Source of the DNA: Camelus dromedarius
Lineage: Eukaryota
Assembly (NCBI RefSeq): GCF_036321535.1
Contig: NC_087437.1
Location: forward strand, 107,882,001-107,946,000
Length of the DNA stretch: 64,000 nt
Reading direction: 5' to 3'
Below the pieces are notes generated by a model. It was not told the origin of the DNA. It ran no database searches and worked only from the letters and a program-made list of their open reading frames with translations. The translations under genes were made by a program, and so were the position numbers. Below are positions 1 through 13,401 of the stretch, one piece after another. Position 1 is the stretch's first letter; every line of letters starts with the position of its first letter.

Positions 1-108
1 GCCCCAGAGAAGATTAGTAACTTACCCATGGTCATTAGGCAGGTAAATGACAGGGCAGAGTTTCAAATTCATTCAGTCTGACTCCAGAAGTATGTTCTGA
101 ACCAGAAC
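1..108 (-). mobile_element. MIR SINE fragment
   Basis: cagagaagattagtaacttacccatggtca...cagtctgactccagaag resembles the reverse complement of the MIR core and 5' end. Confidence 0.7.
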
Positions 109-619
109 CTCAAATGCATTTATTCATAAAGATGCTTTGACATTATCACTGTACGAATATCAGAAGGTCTTATTTTTATATGACCCTTTGAAGGTCATGG
201 CTAGTGTCATAGTACAACTTAGGAGCCTCAAGTATATAAATGAGAAGCAGCTGGGATTTTTCTTGAATGACAAGGTGACTTCTCCCTCATTTTAATGGCA
301 TTGCCCCATAAGTTGTTTATTCATACTCATTCTTTACTCTATACCATAAGCAGTGCTTTTTCCTGTTTTGGTAGTAAACCAAAGCTCAAGCAAATCAAGT
401 CTGATGGTTATTTGTGCCAGTTTGTAAACTCAAACACTCCATGACTGAATCCAAATGACCCCCTTGTAATTCATTTCAACTCCATTTGTGCCCAGCTCCA
501 CTTTATGTGAAGTCTGTTTTAAATAAAAATTAATGGGATCTGTGCTCATTGGCCTATAATTTTGTTACAGAGAACCCCACAATTGAAAAAACAACTTGAG
601 AAGACTACCAAGCAGCATA

Positions 620-1090
620 TCTTCAAAACTAATAATTTGCCTAAGACCCAATCCTGTAAGTCCAACTGTCTACCAGAACTTCCTAGTTAGATGGCCCAAC
701 TTAACTAAATAAGACTCATATTCAAAATTATACTCAGTATTTCTATTTCTTTCCTACCACCACTCCATTATTTTGGTTTTTTTAAACATGTATTTATTTA
801 TGTAATTTATTGTTCCCACAAAATGTGAAACATTAGGCACTTAAAATTCTCTTTCATCTTTGATCACAGAGTCATAGAATTTTATAAAGTTCAAGGATTA
901 TACAGATAATATAGTTCAAAATGAAGTCCAGGGAAATCAAGCTTTTAAGTATTGAATTAATTATTAATTTTACAATATCTACATTAATAGGGTATTTTAT
1001 ATTTTCTTCTCCCATTGTATACCTGCTGCCACTATCATAAAACCATCACTTTATTTCTCACATAGTTATTACTGCAATGAGCATATGATT
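620..1090 (+). mobile_element. Degenerate L2 LINE fragments
   Basis: ccaactgtctaccagaacttcctagttagatg... and ctgccactatcataaaaccatcac...attactgcaat resemble L2 3' region motifs. Confidence 0.5.
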
Positions 1091-1589
1091 ACTGAAACTA
1101 CTCACTTTCTAAAGACATAGCCTGCTAGACAGAGGGTTAGACATGGGTGAAGAAGAAAAAGAACATTCTCAAATACCTATAAATAGTAGACTATTTAAAA
1201 CAATGTCAGATGACCAACAGATAACAAGTAAATCCCCCTCATTAATTTATTCAATCCTACTTCTTCCAGTGGATCTTGGGTCAGCAGTCTTTTCCCATAA
1301 AGGGCATCTGCTTCCAGACCAAGTCCAGGAAGTCCTGATGCGAATCACTGTGGCAGCCTGAAAATTGTCGAAGTGATAGCAATACGAAAGTCTGTGCCAG
1401 AAACTCTGCTTAATTAAGCATTAAGTTATCGGCCACCTGGATACTGTCCAAGTGGATTGAATTCCAAAGCATCAATTATTAAGCATAATTTTAAGTTTAT
1501 ATATTTTTGCTTCTTATTTTTCCAAGCAAAGTAGAGTTTTTGTTTTCTGACTATGTTAATGAACATGTTAAATTTTCTCATTTTAAAGA

Positions 1590-1775
1590 AGGCATAAAAA
1601 GCACCTCACCCCTTGCATCTGCTAGTTCTATACGCTTTAGAGTTCTCTGAGTTATTACTACCTTGTTCTTTATTACACCAATCCTCTGTTATAGTTAATG
1701 ATTCTTTATATTAAACTCTCTCTGTTCAAACAAGTGTGTTGTTTTCTCTACTTTTATTGGACCCTGGCTGATACA
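1590..1775 (+). mobile_element. ERVL-type LTR 3' portion (LTR33-like)
   Basis: Ends in attaaactctctctgttcaaa...ttggaccctggctgataca, the typical LTR33/LTR16-family terminus; 5' boundary uncertain. Confidence 0.55.
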
Positions 1776-2849
1776 GTGCTGTTCAACAATTATTTGTAAA
1801 ATAAGTTAATAAATCCATTTCTCTAGACTCTAGGTATTTAGAGTTTAAAAATTATTAGGAATTAATTCTATCTTAATTTTCAGAATTTGCAATCTACATG
1901 AAGATATTCAAGAGATTTAAACTGGTAATTCCCAAGACACCAGTTTAATAAGGACAGAAAAGGAAAATCCAGTGACTGAGCCCTTCCTAGCATAAAACAA
2001 TCACTGAAATCTTAGTGATCTCCTGTCCCGACACTCCACTCTTCACTTTCAACACACACACCCACCCACACACATGCATTTCCATACCACTCTTCAACAA
2101 AAATTTCTATTTCCTGCAATGTAGAGAAACAACGTGATTCTATGTTCTCATTAAAAAAAAAACTGTCAGTTATTATAATTCCTTTACACTCTGTATATAT
2201 AAATTAACTTTTTTCCTGGCTTTTAAAACAATACAGGATAACTGTAGAATGCTTGAAAAATAGAGATTCATATGAAGAAATTAAAAGTCATGTGTAAACT
2301 CATAATTTAGAAATAACTTATGTTAGCATTTTGTGTTATTTCCTCTTTGTTTGCAAACAGAACTGTAACAATAGCAGTTAGAATACAGACAGTTAAAGCA
2401 AAGAAAGACTAAGTATAAACCAACTCAGAGAGAAAAGGGATCAACACGGAATGAAGAAGCAGTAGAAAACTTATGAATGGGGATTTATCTGGGCCTTAAA
2501 AGAAAGCTTGGCTTAATAAGCAGAGAGGTGTTGGAGAGTGTTTGACAGAAGAACAGAAAAAAGGCACACAAATTCTTATAAAGATAATCAATAATTTTAT
2601 GTGATCAAATTTGACATATATAATTTAACTGAAGCATTTTTCCATTTCTGAAATAAAAGATCAACATTTCTAGTAATAATTTTTCTACATGCACAGCAAA
2701 ATGGATTGATGAGTTTGTTACAGCCATGACCAGTGAGACAAAACTATAAAACAATTTTAATCATTGTCAATTTACATTACTCTTTAGTTTCATGGCCAAC
2801 ACTTAATTAGAAAATTATTCTCTGATTTAAAAAAAAAGACAAAGTTTTA

Positions 2850-4515
2850 AAAATTATACATTTAAAACTCCTAGAAGAAGACATAGGGGTAAAGCTTCAT
2901 GTAATTGGACTAGACAGTGATTTTTTAGATATGGCACCAAAAATAGGCAATAAAATCAAACATATAGAAATGGGACTACATAAAAGTTAAAAACATTTGT
3001 GCATCAAAAGATACAATTAACAAAGGCAATCTATGGAATGGGAGAAAATATTTGCAAATCGTATCTGACAAGGAGCTAATATCCAAATTTATAAAAAATC
3101 CTACAATGCAACAAAAAAAATCAGCCTAATTTATGAATGAGAAAAGGACTTAAATAAACATTTCTACAAACATAGCATACAAATGTCTGGCAAGCATATG
3201 AAACAATGCTCAACATTACTAATTAAGAGAGAACTGCAAATCAAAATCAGATTGAGATATTAAACAGCCTAAATGTCGATCAATAGATGACTGGATAAAG
3301 AAGATGTAGTATATTTATACAATGAAATACTATTCAGCCATAAAAACTGATAACATAAAGCCATTTGCAGCAATGTGGATGTTCCTGGAGAATGTCATTC
3401 TAAGTGAAGTAAGACAGAAAGAGAAAGAAAACTACCATATGAGATCACTCATATGTGGAATCTAAAAAAAAAAAAACAACATAAATACAAACAGAAACAG
3501 ACTCATAGACATAGAATACAAACTTGTGGTTGCCAAGAGGGTGGGGGATAGGAAGGGACAGAATGGGATTTCAAAATTTGTAGATACTGACAGGCATATG
3601 TAGAACAGATCAACAAGATTATACTGTATAGCACAGAGAAACATATACAAGATCTTGTGGGAGCTCACAGCGAAAAAAAAATGTGACAATGAATATATGT
3701 ATGATCATGAATAACTGAAAAACTGGCTCTACACTAGAATTTGACACAACATTGTAAAATGACTATAACTCAATAAGAAAAATATTAAAAAAAGATCACA
3801 TTGAGATATTACCTCACATCCATCAGTATGGCTACTATTAAAAATAAAAATTTAAATTAAAAAATAGAAAATAAGTGCTGGCAAGGATGACACACTGAGA
3901 TCGTAAAATGGTGTCACTACTATGGAAAACTGTATGGAATTTCCTCAAAAAATTAAAAATAGAACTATTATATGATCCAGACGTATCACTTCTGGGCATA
4001 CACAAAACATTGAAAGCAGAGTCTTGAGGAGATATCTGCATGTCTATGTTCATAGCAACACTGTTCACAATAGCAAAGAGATGGAAGTGACTCAAGGCTC
4101 TATCAACGAATGAATAAAGAAATGTGGTATATTCATACAATGAAGTGTTACTCAGCCTGAAAAAGGAAGGAAATCCTAACAGATGCTATAACATGAATGA
4201 ACCTTGAAGATTTCACGATAAATGAAATAAGCCAGTGCCACATAAATAAATGCTAAATGATTCCACTTGTATAAGGTATCTAAAGAAGACAAGTTTAAAG
4301 AGACACAAAGTATAATGATGGTTATCAAGGACTGGGGGAAGAAGGGAAAATGGAGTCATTGTTTAATGGGTATAGAGTTTCAGATTTGTAATACAAAAAA
4401 AGTTCTAGAGATTTGTTTCACAACAATGTGAATATATTTAATACTACTGAACTGGGTCCTTAAAAGTGATTATGATAGTAAGCTTCATGTTATTACAACA
4501 AAATTAATGAAAAAA
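2850..4515 (+). mobile_element. Old L1 (L1MB-like) ORF2 3' end and 3' UTR, split by a younger L1
   Basis: aaaactcctagaagaagacatagg...gaatgggagaaaatatttgcaaatc...; resumes at 3795 with tgagatattacctcacatcc and ends with an L1MB-type UTR (tgtttaatgggtatagagtttcag). Confidence 0.9.
3262..3794 (+). mobile_element. Younger 5'-truncated L1 3' end (camelid/artiodactyl type) nested in the older L1
   Basis: L1 3' sequence ending gacacaacattgtaaaatgactataactcaataag plus A-rich tail; flanked by atcagattgagatatt (3246-3261) and atcacattgagatatt (3795-3810), 15/16 identical. Confidence 0.9.
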
Positions 4516-7500
4516 TTACAAACTTAGTGGTTTGTAAGTGGCCTTATAGATTTTTAATCCAAGCCCCACTTTTTCAAGATTACAGAATATTGACACCAAA
4601 AGGTGGGCAACCTGTCTCAGATCAAGCAGCCAGCTTCCCGGGAAAGGAGAGTCAGGCTGGAAGCCATGTCTCCCGACACACCATGTCTTCAATGTCTACA
4701 TTTGCTACCTTGATACACTCCTGGTTCTTGGACAATCTCTACATCCATCATGGAAATTCTAACTCACTTGATATTTAATGATGCATGAATACGTGATGTG
4801 AAAAACAAAAGGGTAGACTCCAATCTAATGCACACCATTTATTTAAAAGGAAATGGGTATTTTTGCTTCATTAAAACTCTAAGATAACGCTGGCATGATA
4901 TTTTCTCATCACATATTTATACTAAGTACTTTAATTGCTTCAAGTCTTTTGGCTACATTTATAAAGGTAAATATTCAGATACTCTTCATCATTGCAACCA
5001 CCTATTTCAAGAGTAAACAGATCTAAATACTTCTTTGTAGATACCTCTGGTATGCAGAACACACACACACACCCCTATAATGTCTGATAGACTGGGTATT
5101 CATTTCAATCCTAGATAATGTCAAACTCTATAAACTGGGTGAAGAATGCTAACATAGTGAAATGAAGGAAATTCAAATTGTAACTAACATTTCCACAAAT
5201 CAGGTGCCATCTTCAAAGCTTTGCTGCTCTTTGGTGCACCTGACCAAAGGCACTGACAGCATGAGATGCAGAGAAAAGGTCAGAATTTGACTGAAGAGGA
5301 GGAAAGTAGAAGTCTGAGTGGGATCGAGTCCACATCGGAATTAGAAATGGTCCAGAAGAACTAGGGAGCACAGGAGGAATCAGACTCACACTGCAGAGTA
5401 AATATGGGCAGAAGCCAGACAAGGTGCTAATAGCTAAGGTTAAAGAAATAGATAAAACTGCTAAGTTCACGGGCGATGGAAGAGTCACCAGTTCATGTTC
5501 AGTTTAAGGTCACTGTTAATTTCTGATTACAGAGAACTTTTAGAAACAACATTATGAAGTAGCCCATATCTGGACAGAACAAGATAAATAAAAGAGCATT
5601 AATATTTAAACATTAGAAGTTGGGAGAGGCTGGCTACTTTATTATGTGCTAATTTAAGAATTGTAATTTGGTGAACAAAGCATCAGTAAGAAAGATAGTT
5701 CAGAGGACAGTTATCATCGAGAAAGGGGGTATAACATAAGCTCACTAGCTGCTGGAGGCATGGAGCCCACCCCGGAGACAAAAGAGCTGCAGCAAAGGTC
5801 AAGGAGCAAGACCAAAACGTTCTCTTAAATTAGCAGAAGAAAAAGTTGAATTGTCACAAGGGTGATCACTAGCAGTGAACTTCCATTATTGTAAGTACAC
5901 AGCTAAGGGACACAGGATGTCAGCCATGTTTCAAGTGACAGCCTAGCAATAGTTTCACCCAATTGATTGTCATCCTGGACTCAGTATAAGCTGATGAACC
6001 AACTGTCACCAAGTCAGAAGTGGAAATTGAGGTAAGCGGACAGGGTCTTAAGTAAACATCAAGAATCATTGTTTTATAAATGATGTATCAGGATAGAAAT
6101 GAAAGAGGTGATTAGACAGGCTTACTGACCCTGGCTGATTAACCAGAAGGGGAAGAAAATGCCAGGCTGTTGAAAAACAGGACATTTTTCTATCCTGCAG
6201 TTGGCCTCTTGGTTCCAAGGACACAGCCATACAACAAGACATTTTATGTCCCTATGTCCCACAATCGCTGCATTGATCTCAAGGACGTATGCCAGTATCT
6301 CTTTCTCCTGCTGAAATTTCTGTTTTTAGGGCTGGGTTCCATGGGAGGAAAGAGCTTGTAATAGAAAATGAATGACACCACCAGAATGAAGATAATGATG
6401 GCAGAGTCTTCCAATAAGAGACTCCATGGCCCAACTGGGGGATGGAACTGTCTAGACCAGCTACCTGGCTAATGGCTCCCCACTTGAGGTTTTTCTTTCT
6501 TCATTTTTTTTTCCTTCCCTTTCTGAGTAATAAAGCAGCTTTCTTTTTCACTTTGTCCCTCTGCCTCTATTGAGTATTCTTTCTTAGTTGGTGAGCAAGG
6601 GCCCACACATCTTGGGGGGCTTGCCCACACATTTGGTGGGCTTTCTGTTGTGGGAGTCTCTCTACGCACTAACTGAGATGCTTCACTGCCATTAGGATTA
6701 ACAGGGAAAGTGTTATCCATGTTTACTGCTATTTCAACAATTCCTGAATTCAAAAGTTTGGATGAACAACCCCTCTCTGAGCAGCTTATGGCAGCCACCA
6801 ACTTACTACTGAAGTTTTAATGGGTATGACTGTGTTTGGTTTACACAGTGTTTTCAGAGATCTGCAATTATTTTAATTGACTGCAGGCCACATTCTGAAT
6901 AAAGCATTGCAGTTAATATCATTACTAGGACTCTGTTTCTTATCTATTATGGCTGTAACACAGAGTAGAAAGTGTAAACATCCACCCCTCAGGTAGAAGC
7001 CTTGTGTTTTGTCAGAGTTGAGAGAACTACATTCATAATTTTTCATTCACATATTAATCTACAAATATTTGTGACTGACTGTTCATGCCTAGAGTATTTT
7101 GCTAGTTTCTGTCTGAAGATGCAAAAAAAAAAAAAAAGTCACTCTAATTTTTGAATACTGTTTAAAATAAATCTTGACTCTTCCAAGATTGGATAATGCA
7201 CACTTCAGGCTGGATGTAAACCTATCTGTGGAGGGTGATGTGCTTACCTAACTGTCTTTCTTTCCAGCACATTGAATGTTGGAGGCCATTTAGTGATTTG
7301 ACAAATTAGACATGAAGACAGGTAAAAATATGTCACCAGGTAGCTTTGCACACCAGTGAATGCACAATATGATGCTCTCCTTACTTCTTTCCCCAAGGCT
7401 CCACATGTAACTAAAATTAATTTCAGCATAATGAGCCAGCCCAGAATGACAAAAATTACCAATAGAACAAAGCTTTAGATGTTGTAAAATTGAAGGGCCA

Positions 7501-8872
7501 TGTTCACTGAAGTATGTTTTTTACTCATTAAAATTCCTACAAAGAGCATAATGCTGACTAGCACTGTCCCATTGTTTTTCACAGTCTGATACTAATATCT
7601 GCCAAATTTATACCAATATACTTTTCTGCAATAATTGGAATTAAAAGAGTAAATATTCTTGAAATAATCCAGAATGCTCTTTAATTGCTAACACAGAAAA
7701 TAATAAATACAATCTCATGTCCCACATTACAATGCAACCTTATTTTTCTTTATTCAGAGTCGCTTGAGTATATACATAAAAAATAATGATGCATGCCCTT
7801 TGCAACGATAACATTAAAAACAAAAGGTTTAATGTGAAATCAACAGAAATTTAACATTTCTAATCTGTTTCATAGTATGAGGAGAATTTCTTGTGACTAA
7901 CTTTTGCCCAAATTGTACCTTTTCATCTTTGAAACAAAGAATGCTCAGCTACATTTATAGAAACTCACAAGTAAACAAGTGCCATTTATCTAATCAACCA
8001 TATTTCCATCTACAATTCCATTTTCAGTGAAAGGGGAAAAACTTCTTGAATTTGAAACCCTCCCTTTGCTTAGCACTTCTTGGAAATTAGAACAGACAGT
8101 TTGAGATCATGAATAATGACATAAAACAATAGAACCCTGTCACGTATAAATACAACACAGGGGAAGACAATCTCTGAATAATGCTTTAAAGACTTGTTTT
8201 CTCATTAGGACCTCAGTTATTTTTATAATTTCCTACAGGAACCCTTTAGGACAGCACAAGGTTCAAAAGGAAGGCCAGCCAGTCAAGATACAGAACTTAT
8301 TTTTGAGTTTACTCCTACGAAAGGATCTCTCTGGCGCCATTGTTATTTTAAGAGGACACATTGTTACTGTAGGGAATAATCAGGTCATATTAAATTAAAG
8401 AAAATGATTACAAAGAGACGTCATCATATCCTAAAATGGTTTTGAAGAAATATTCTCTTCTGTAGGTTAATGATAAAAATATTTTTGTTTAAAAAATTAG
8501 ATTCTGCAGTTTTGTGAGCATCATTGCTTTACTGAAAAAAGAGAATTGAAAAGCTTGTTAATTAGAAAACAATGACCCTGGTAATTACGATTTTACTCCC
8601 TCAAGCACTTTCCAAGTACAAGTGAATCCTGTCTGATGTAGGTAAGCAGATCCAGGATGGGTTTTGCAAATGAGACCACACAGGCTGTACATTACAAGGT
8701 TGGAATCGATTAAGAGTTCTTGTCTTTCCTGGTTCCAACGGGCCAGCTTTCTACCAGCTACTGCTCATTCAAGAACGGATTTCAGGCTGGAAGTAAATAC
8801 ATATTCATAGAAATCTTCAAATGAGTCCTGCTTTTGTCTTAAACTCTTTGATATAAAAGGGCTTTGTGTTCC

Positions 8873-8895
8873 TTTTTTTTTTTTTTTTTTTTTTT
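8873..8895. repeat. Poly(T)23 tract
   Basis: Direct read. Confidence 0.9.
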
Positions 8896-10039
8896 GAGAA
8901 TGATACAAGTCCAAAGTGGGAAGAAACATATTGTTTCAAATAACAATAAGAATGGAAATAGACTTGTTTCTCACTTCCTGAATTTTCTCAAATCCAACTT
9001 TATCTTAGTTGTCTGATTCATTTCCTTTCCTAATTTAGAAGAAAGCTTGAATTTTATTTATAGTTTCATTCAGCTAAAATTAAATGAGTAGATAGATCAA
9101 GTTACCTATGACACCATTTGCTTTCTTTTTGCTGTTAATTTCGGTAGTCACACCATTTCCCATGGGAGATATTAAATCAAATTTGGCTTTTCATATTTTC
9201 TTCTGTGGGAAAGCTTAACATCCTTAAATGAAAGAAAATTTTAGGAAGATTGAAAGAATATGGCAAACGTAAACTGTGAAGTCAGAAATGCTGCTAATAA
9301 ATGGACAGATTGCAATTGATTAAAATGACGTCTCAACGTCTTGATAGGAAAGGTATCAAATCGAACAGTCTAAAGTAAAAATTTCCTTCTGGAAATCTTG
9401 CTATTAGTGTTCTTAAGAGACGTGAGTATCTATACCTCTGTAGAGCAGCGGTACGGTGGTACCGGTGGAGAGACGAAATCCTGATTGAAGTTTGCCTGCT
9501 AAAATGTGCTGGAATCTGGAAACTGCTCTGTTCTCAAGACCATCTTGAAACAACTGTAAGGAGCAGTTAAAAGCTGCTCACCCCTGCATTGTTACATTAA
9601 AAGTAGTAACACTGTTATGAATTATTAAGGTCAGGTATTGAACTTGGAATGCCTCATAGGTGTACTTGGCAACTTCCATGTCCCAAATCCAGAAATTAAT
9701 ATGTGTCATTTAAGACATTTCTTGGGAATATGTGCTCAACAACAACCCCCTCCTGGTTACCACCACACCCCCAAATGTCATGATTTTATGTATAATGAGA
9801 GGCTAAAATGATCCAAGAATTTTGGATTGATCCCAACACCTAGTGAGCTTGGCCCGAAAATATAAGGAGAGTTGAATCTGAAACGAACCACAAAATTGCA
9901 ACTGAAAGTCTGTAATCTTGGCTTCTCCATAGAAAAGAGGCTGTTATTAGCCAGTGTCATAGAATTAAAAATAAAACAACTATTAATCTCAAATATGAAG
10001 TTTATTATTAATCCATCAATATTTTCCAGGTTTTCATTA

Positions 10040-10570
10040 TGGAATGTACCGGACATGATCTTCACAGCTAGAACATATGGTATTGTTGGAGGATGGAGAA
10101 GAAAGATAAGGAGGCACAATGATGCCAAGGTTTTTAAATATGGATATTGAAAAATTAGTAGTGACATCATCAGAAATAGTAAAATTTGGTTTGGTAAATG
10201 GTTTGGAGTAGAAAAGTAGTGTATTCAATTCATATTTAATGAGATCAAGGTAATAAATAGAACTATTTATTAATAAATATATAAAGAGATATTTATTAAT
10301 ATGTAAGTGGAATATTTCATAGGTAGAGGGAAATATGAAACCACAGTTTCAGTGAGTTTGAAGGTAGAGGTATGCATTTAAATTCCTGAAAACATATGCT
10401 GGTGAATTTCACCATGTACTTCTTTAAGGGTGGAAAGTAAATTAGTGCAGGACTAACCAGACTTTTGAAAGTAGCAAAATTATGAGCTCATAAATGAATC
10501 AAATACAAACTGGACAAAGAGTAGTAGTTGAATAAGCACAGTGAGATTTCACAGAGCCAAAGAAGTCCAC
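10040..10570 (-). mobile_element. L2 fragment (continues about 11420-11560 after the L1 insertion)
   Basis: aatgatgccaaggtttttaaatatgg...gtgacatcatcagaaatag resembles reverse-strand L2. Confidence 0.55.
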
Positions 10571-11143
10571 ATTTTTTAAATTAACATACAGTAGGTTTAC
10601 AATGTTGTATTAATTTCTGGTGTACAGCATAGTGATTCAGTTACACATACATATATATATGTTCTTTTTCATATTATTTTTCATTATCGGAAACTAGAAG
10701 GTATTAAATATAGACAGTCCCCTGTGCTATACAGTAGGAACTGTTGTTTATCTACTTTATGTATAGTATTTATCATCTACAAATCCCGAACTCTCAATTT
10801 ATCCCTCTACCCCCACCAGCCCCCTCAATAACCATAAGTTTGTTTTCTATGTCTGTGAGTCTATTATTGTTTTGTAAAGTTCATTTGTGTCATTTCTATA
10901 GATTCCACATATAAGTGATATCATAGGGTGTTTTTCTTTCTCTTTCTGGCTTACTTCATTTAGTATAACGACCTCCAGGTCAATCCATGTTTCTGCAAAA
11001 GGAATTATTTTATTCTTTTTTATGGCTAAGTAGTATTCCATTATATATATATGTGTGTGTATGTGTATATATATAAAATGTATATTATATATAATATATA
11101 TGTGTGTATATATACATTATATATATACATTATATATATACAT

Positions 11144-11184
<41 letters not shown>

Positions 11185-11412
11185 CAACTTCTTTATCCAG
11201 TCATCTGTTGTTGGATACTTAGTTTGCTTCCATGTCTGGGCTATTGTAGATAGTGCTGCTATGAACATTGGGGTGCATGTGTCTTTTTGAATTAGAGTTT
11301 CCTCTAGATATATGCCCAGGAGTGGGATTGCTGGGTCATAGGGTAAGTCTATTTTTAGTTTTTAAAGGAATCTCTGTACTGTTTTCCATAATGGCTGCAC
11401 AAGACTACATTC
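10571..11412 (-). mobile_element. L1 3' end, artiodactyl type
   Basis: ttacaatgttgtattaatttctggtgtacagcatagtgattcag...gattccacatataagtgatatc...gctgctatgaacattggggtgcatg; minus ORF 10847-11041 (MEYYLAIKKNKIIPFAETWIDLEVVILNEVSQ) is the L1 ORF2 C-terminus. Confidence 0.93.
11043..11182. repeat. Compound (TA)/(TG) microsatellite ending in (AC)17 (11149-11182), inside the L1
   Basis: Direct read. Confidence 0.95.
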
Positions 11413-13401
11413 TTTAATTGAGAGTATTGAGTTTGAAACAGATTGAGCATTAGTGAATTCAAGAACCACTGCTGAATTTTGTTAGTGTGATTTCCACAAA
11501 ATGCTTTGGGTAGAAATCAAATTTTAAAGAGTTATAGTGAGAATACATTTTGCCAAAATAGTGTTGTTAGAAATAAACCACTAATAGGAGATATTTTACA
11601 AAAAATAAAATAGGATAGCAGAATGAAAGAAAATTAACACAATATAACTGCTTTTAAAAAGCATTTTTCCAATTTATTTTCTTTTAATGGAGAAAACTCA
11701 ACTTCTTTCTAGTTGAAAGATGAGTATGCTGGTCAAAGAGGTAAAAATAGTAAACAATTTAATAATCAATAAATATTAGGCTTTTTTTTTTCTTTTCTAG
11801 AGAAAGTGCTTTTTCCATCCCCCCTGTATTACAGGGGCAATGTAAGACACTTCAAATAGTCAGATGGTTATTCTTCCATTATTATTCATTAATATTTCCT
11901 TTTTGACAATCTAAACTATTAATATACTACATACCACCATTCCTTATTTGTGACCCGATGTCCAGGGTGCCTTCTCACTTTCTCATATAACTTCATGTTT
12001 GATGCAGGCTCTCACTGGCTTCATCTTTTAAAATGGTTTCAACTGTTGTGTTTCTTCTAAAATGTACCTGTAAAATAGTGTCTTATTTAAAAATTGTTCA
12101 TTATCCTTTCTGATAGACTTCTCTATCTGTTAATATTTGCTACATTCTTTAGTGGCTTAAAAAAAGGCATTGGCTTGCAATACAAAAGAGCAGAACATTT
12201 GCTTACAACTTAGTAAAGGCAATTACGAAGAGATGAGATCACAGTGACAAAGTGTGTGATTAGCTTAATACAAGGACAAACTGACAGCAGTCAAATCAGT
12301 GAAGGATATGATTTCGCTTTCCTAGCATTTTATGACAGACAGCTCCAAACTTTATTTTGCTGACAAGATTTGAATGCACCATTCTCATGCCACTGTTTAA
12401 TTCCATTTAATGCCTTTGGTTGAGACCACAGTCATATGCTTTGAAAGCGAATGATCAATTGGCAGAGTTCAAACTCAATTTTGAATTTGAGTCATCTATT
12501 GTGAAAGTTAAGTAACATTTTGCACCTAGTTATAAAGCAAACCAAGACTGATTCTAAAGGAAGTAAATAAAAGACAGGTGGTGCTAAAATTACGAATGGA
12601 TGGCACACTAACAGGCTTAAAATTATATATATTTTGAAATTATATATATTATTTAATTATGTACCTTCTTGATTTGGAGCAAAAACCAAATTGAATTGTC
12701 AGCATACATGTACAATAGATAGTTTTAATAAGTGTATCAAATATTTGATCAAATCATTCTGCCATATTTCTGTCAGGTTTAAGAGGAAAAAGAGGAACTG
12801 AATTGTGCCAGGAAAAATGTTGGCGCATTAAGCAACTAGAAAATTTAACTACAGTGCATGACTTGCATATTTTTATGGACGGAAACTCTAAGGAGGTTGC
12901 TTCTAGAACAGGAGGAAAGACTGATTCAGAGAAAAATGATCAATTGTATTTCTAATAGTAGGCTACTTCATCAGTAATCTTACCACACAGTTTAATTACC
13001 TTCAGGTAATGCGTTGATGTACTAGCACTTAAAATTAATGTTCTTGCCCTTTAAACAAATAATTGCTTACAAAAATATTCGGTCCAGAAGACCGTATCTG
13101 TCAAGCGATAGATATCTTTCTTAGAAGCATATTAAATTCCAAAATCATTCAACTGACCATTTCTTACAGTTCTCTCTATGTTCTGTTGGTAATAGTATAT
13201 TATGTACATTCACTAATAACTAAAATTAATTCCTTCAGAGAACTGATTTTTTGAGCATTTAACAAAGAATTCAAATGTCATGAAAAAAAAAAGTTTGAAG
13301 TTGTGTGTTTAATAAAATGATAGTAAGATATTTCCAAGATGCTTATCAGTGTGTTTCAGTTGTTTTTATTTTTAGTTTTAATTTAACTCTGTACATCAAA
13401 C

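Noticed and set aside
1407..1420. Perfect 14-bp palindrome TGCTTAATTAAGCA
   Set aside because: About 64000/4^7, roughly 4, expected by chance, and more with AT bias
3462..4140. Minus-strand ORFs of 75 and 100 aa
   Set aside because: Antisense reads of L1 3' ends
10847..11290. ORFs 10847-11041 and 11051-11290 as genes
   Set aside because: L1 ORF2 C-terminal remnant and a translated microsatellite (HT repeats)
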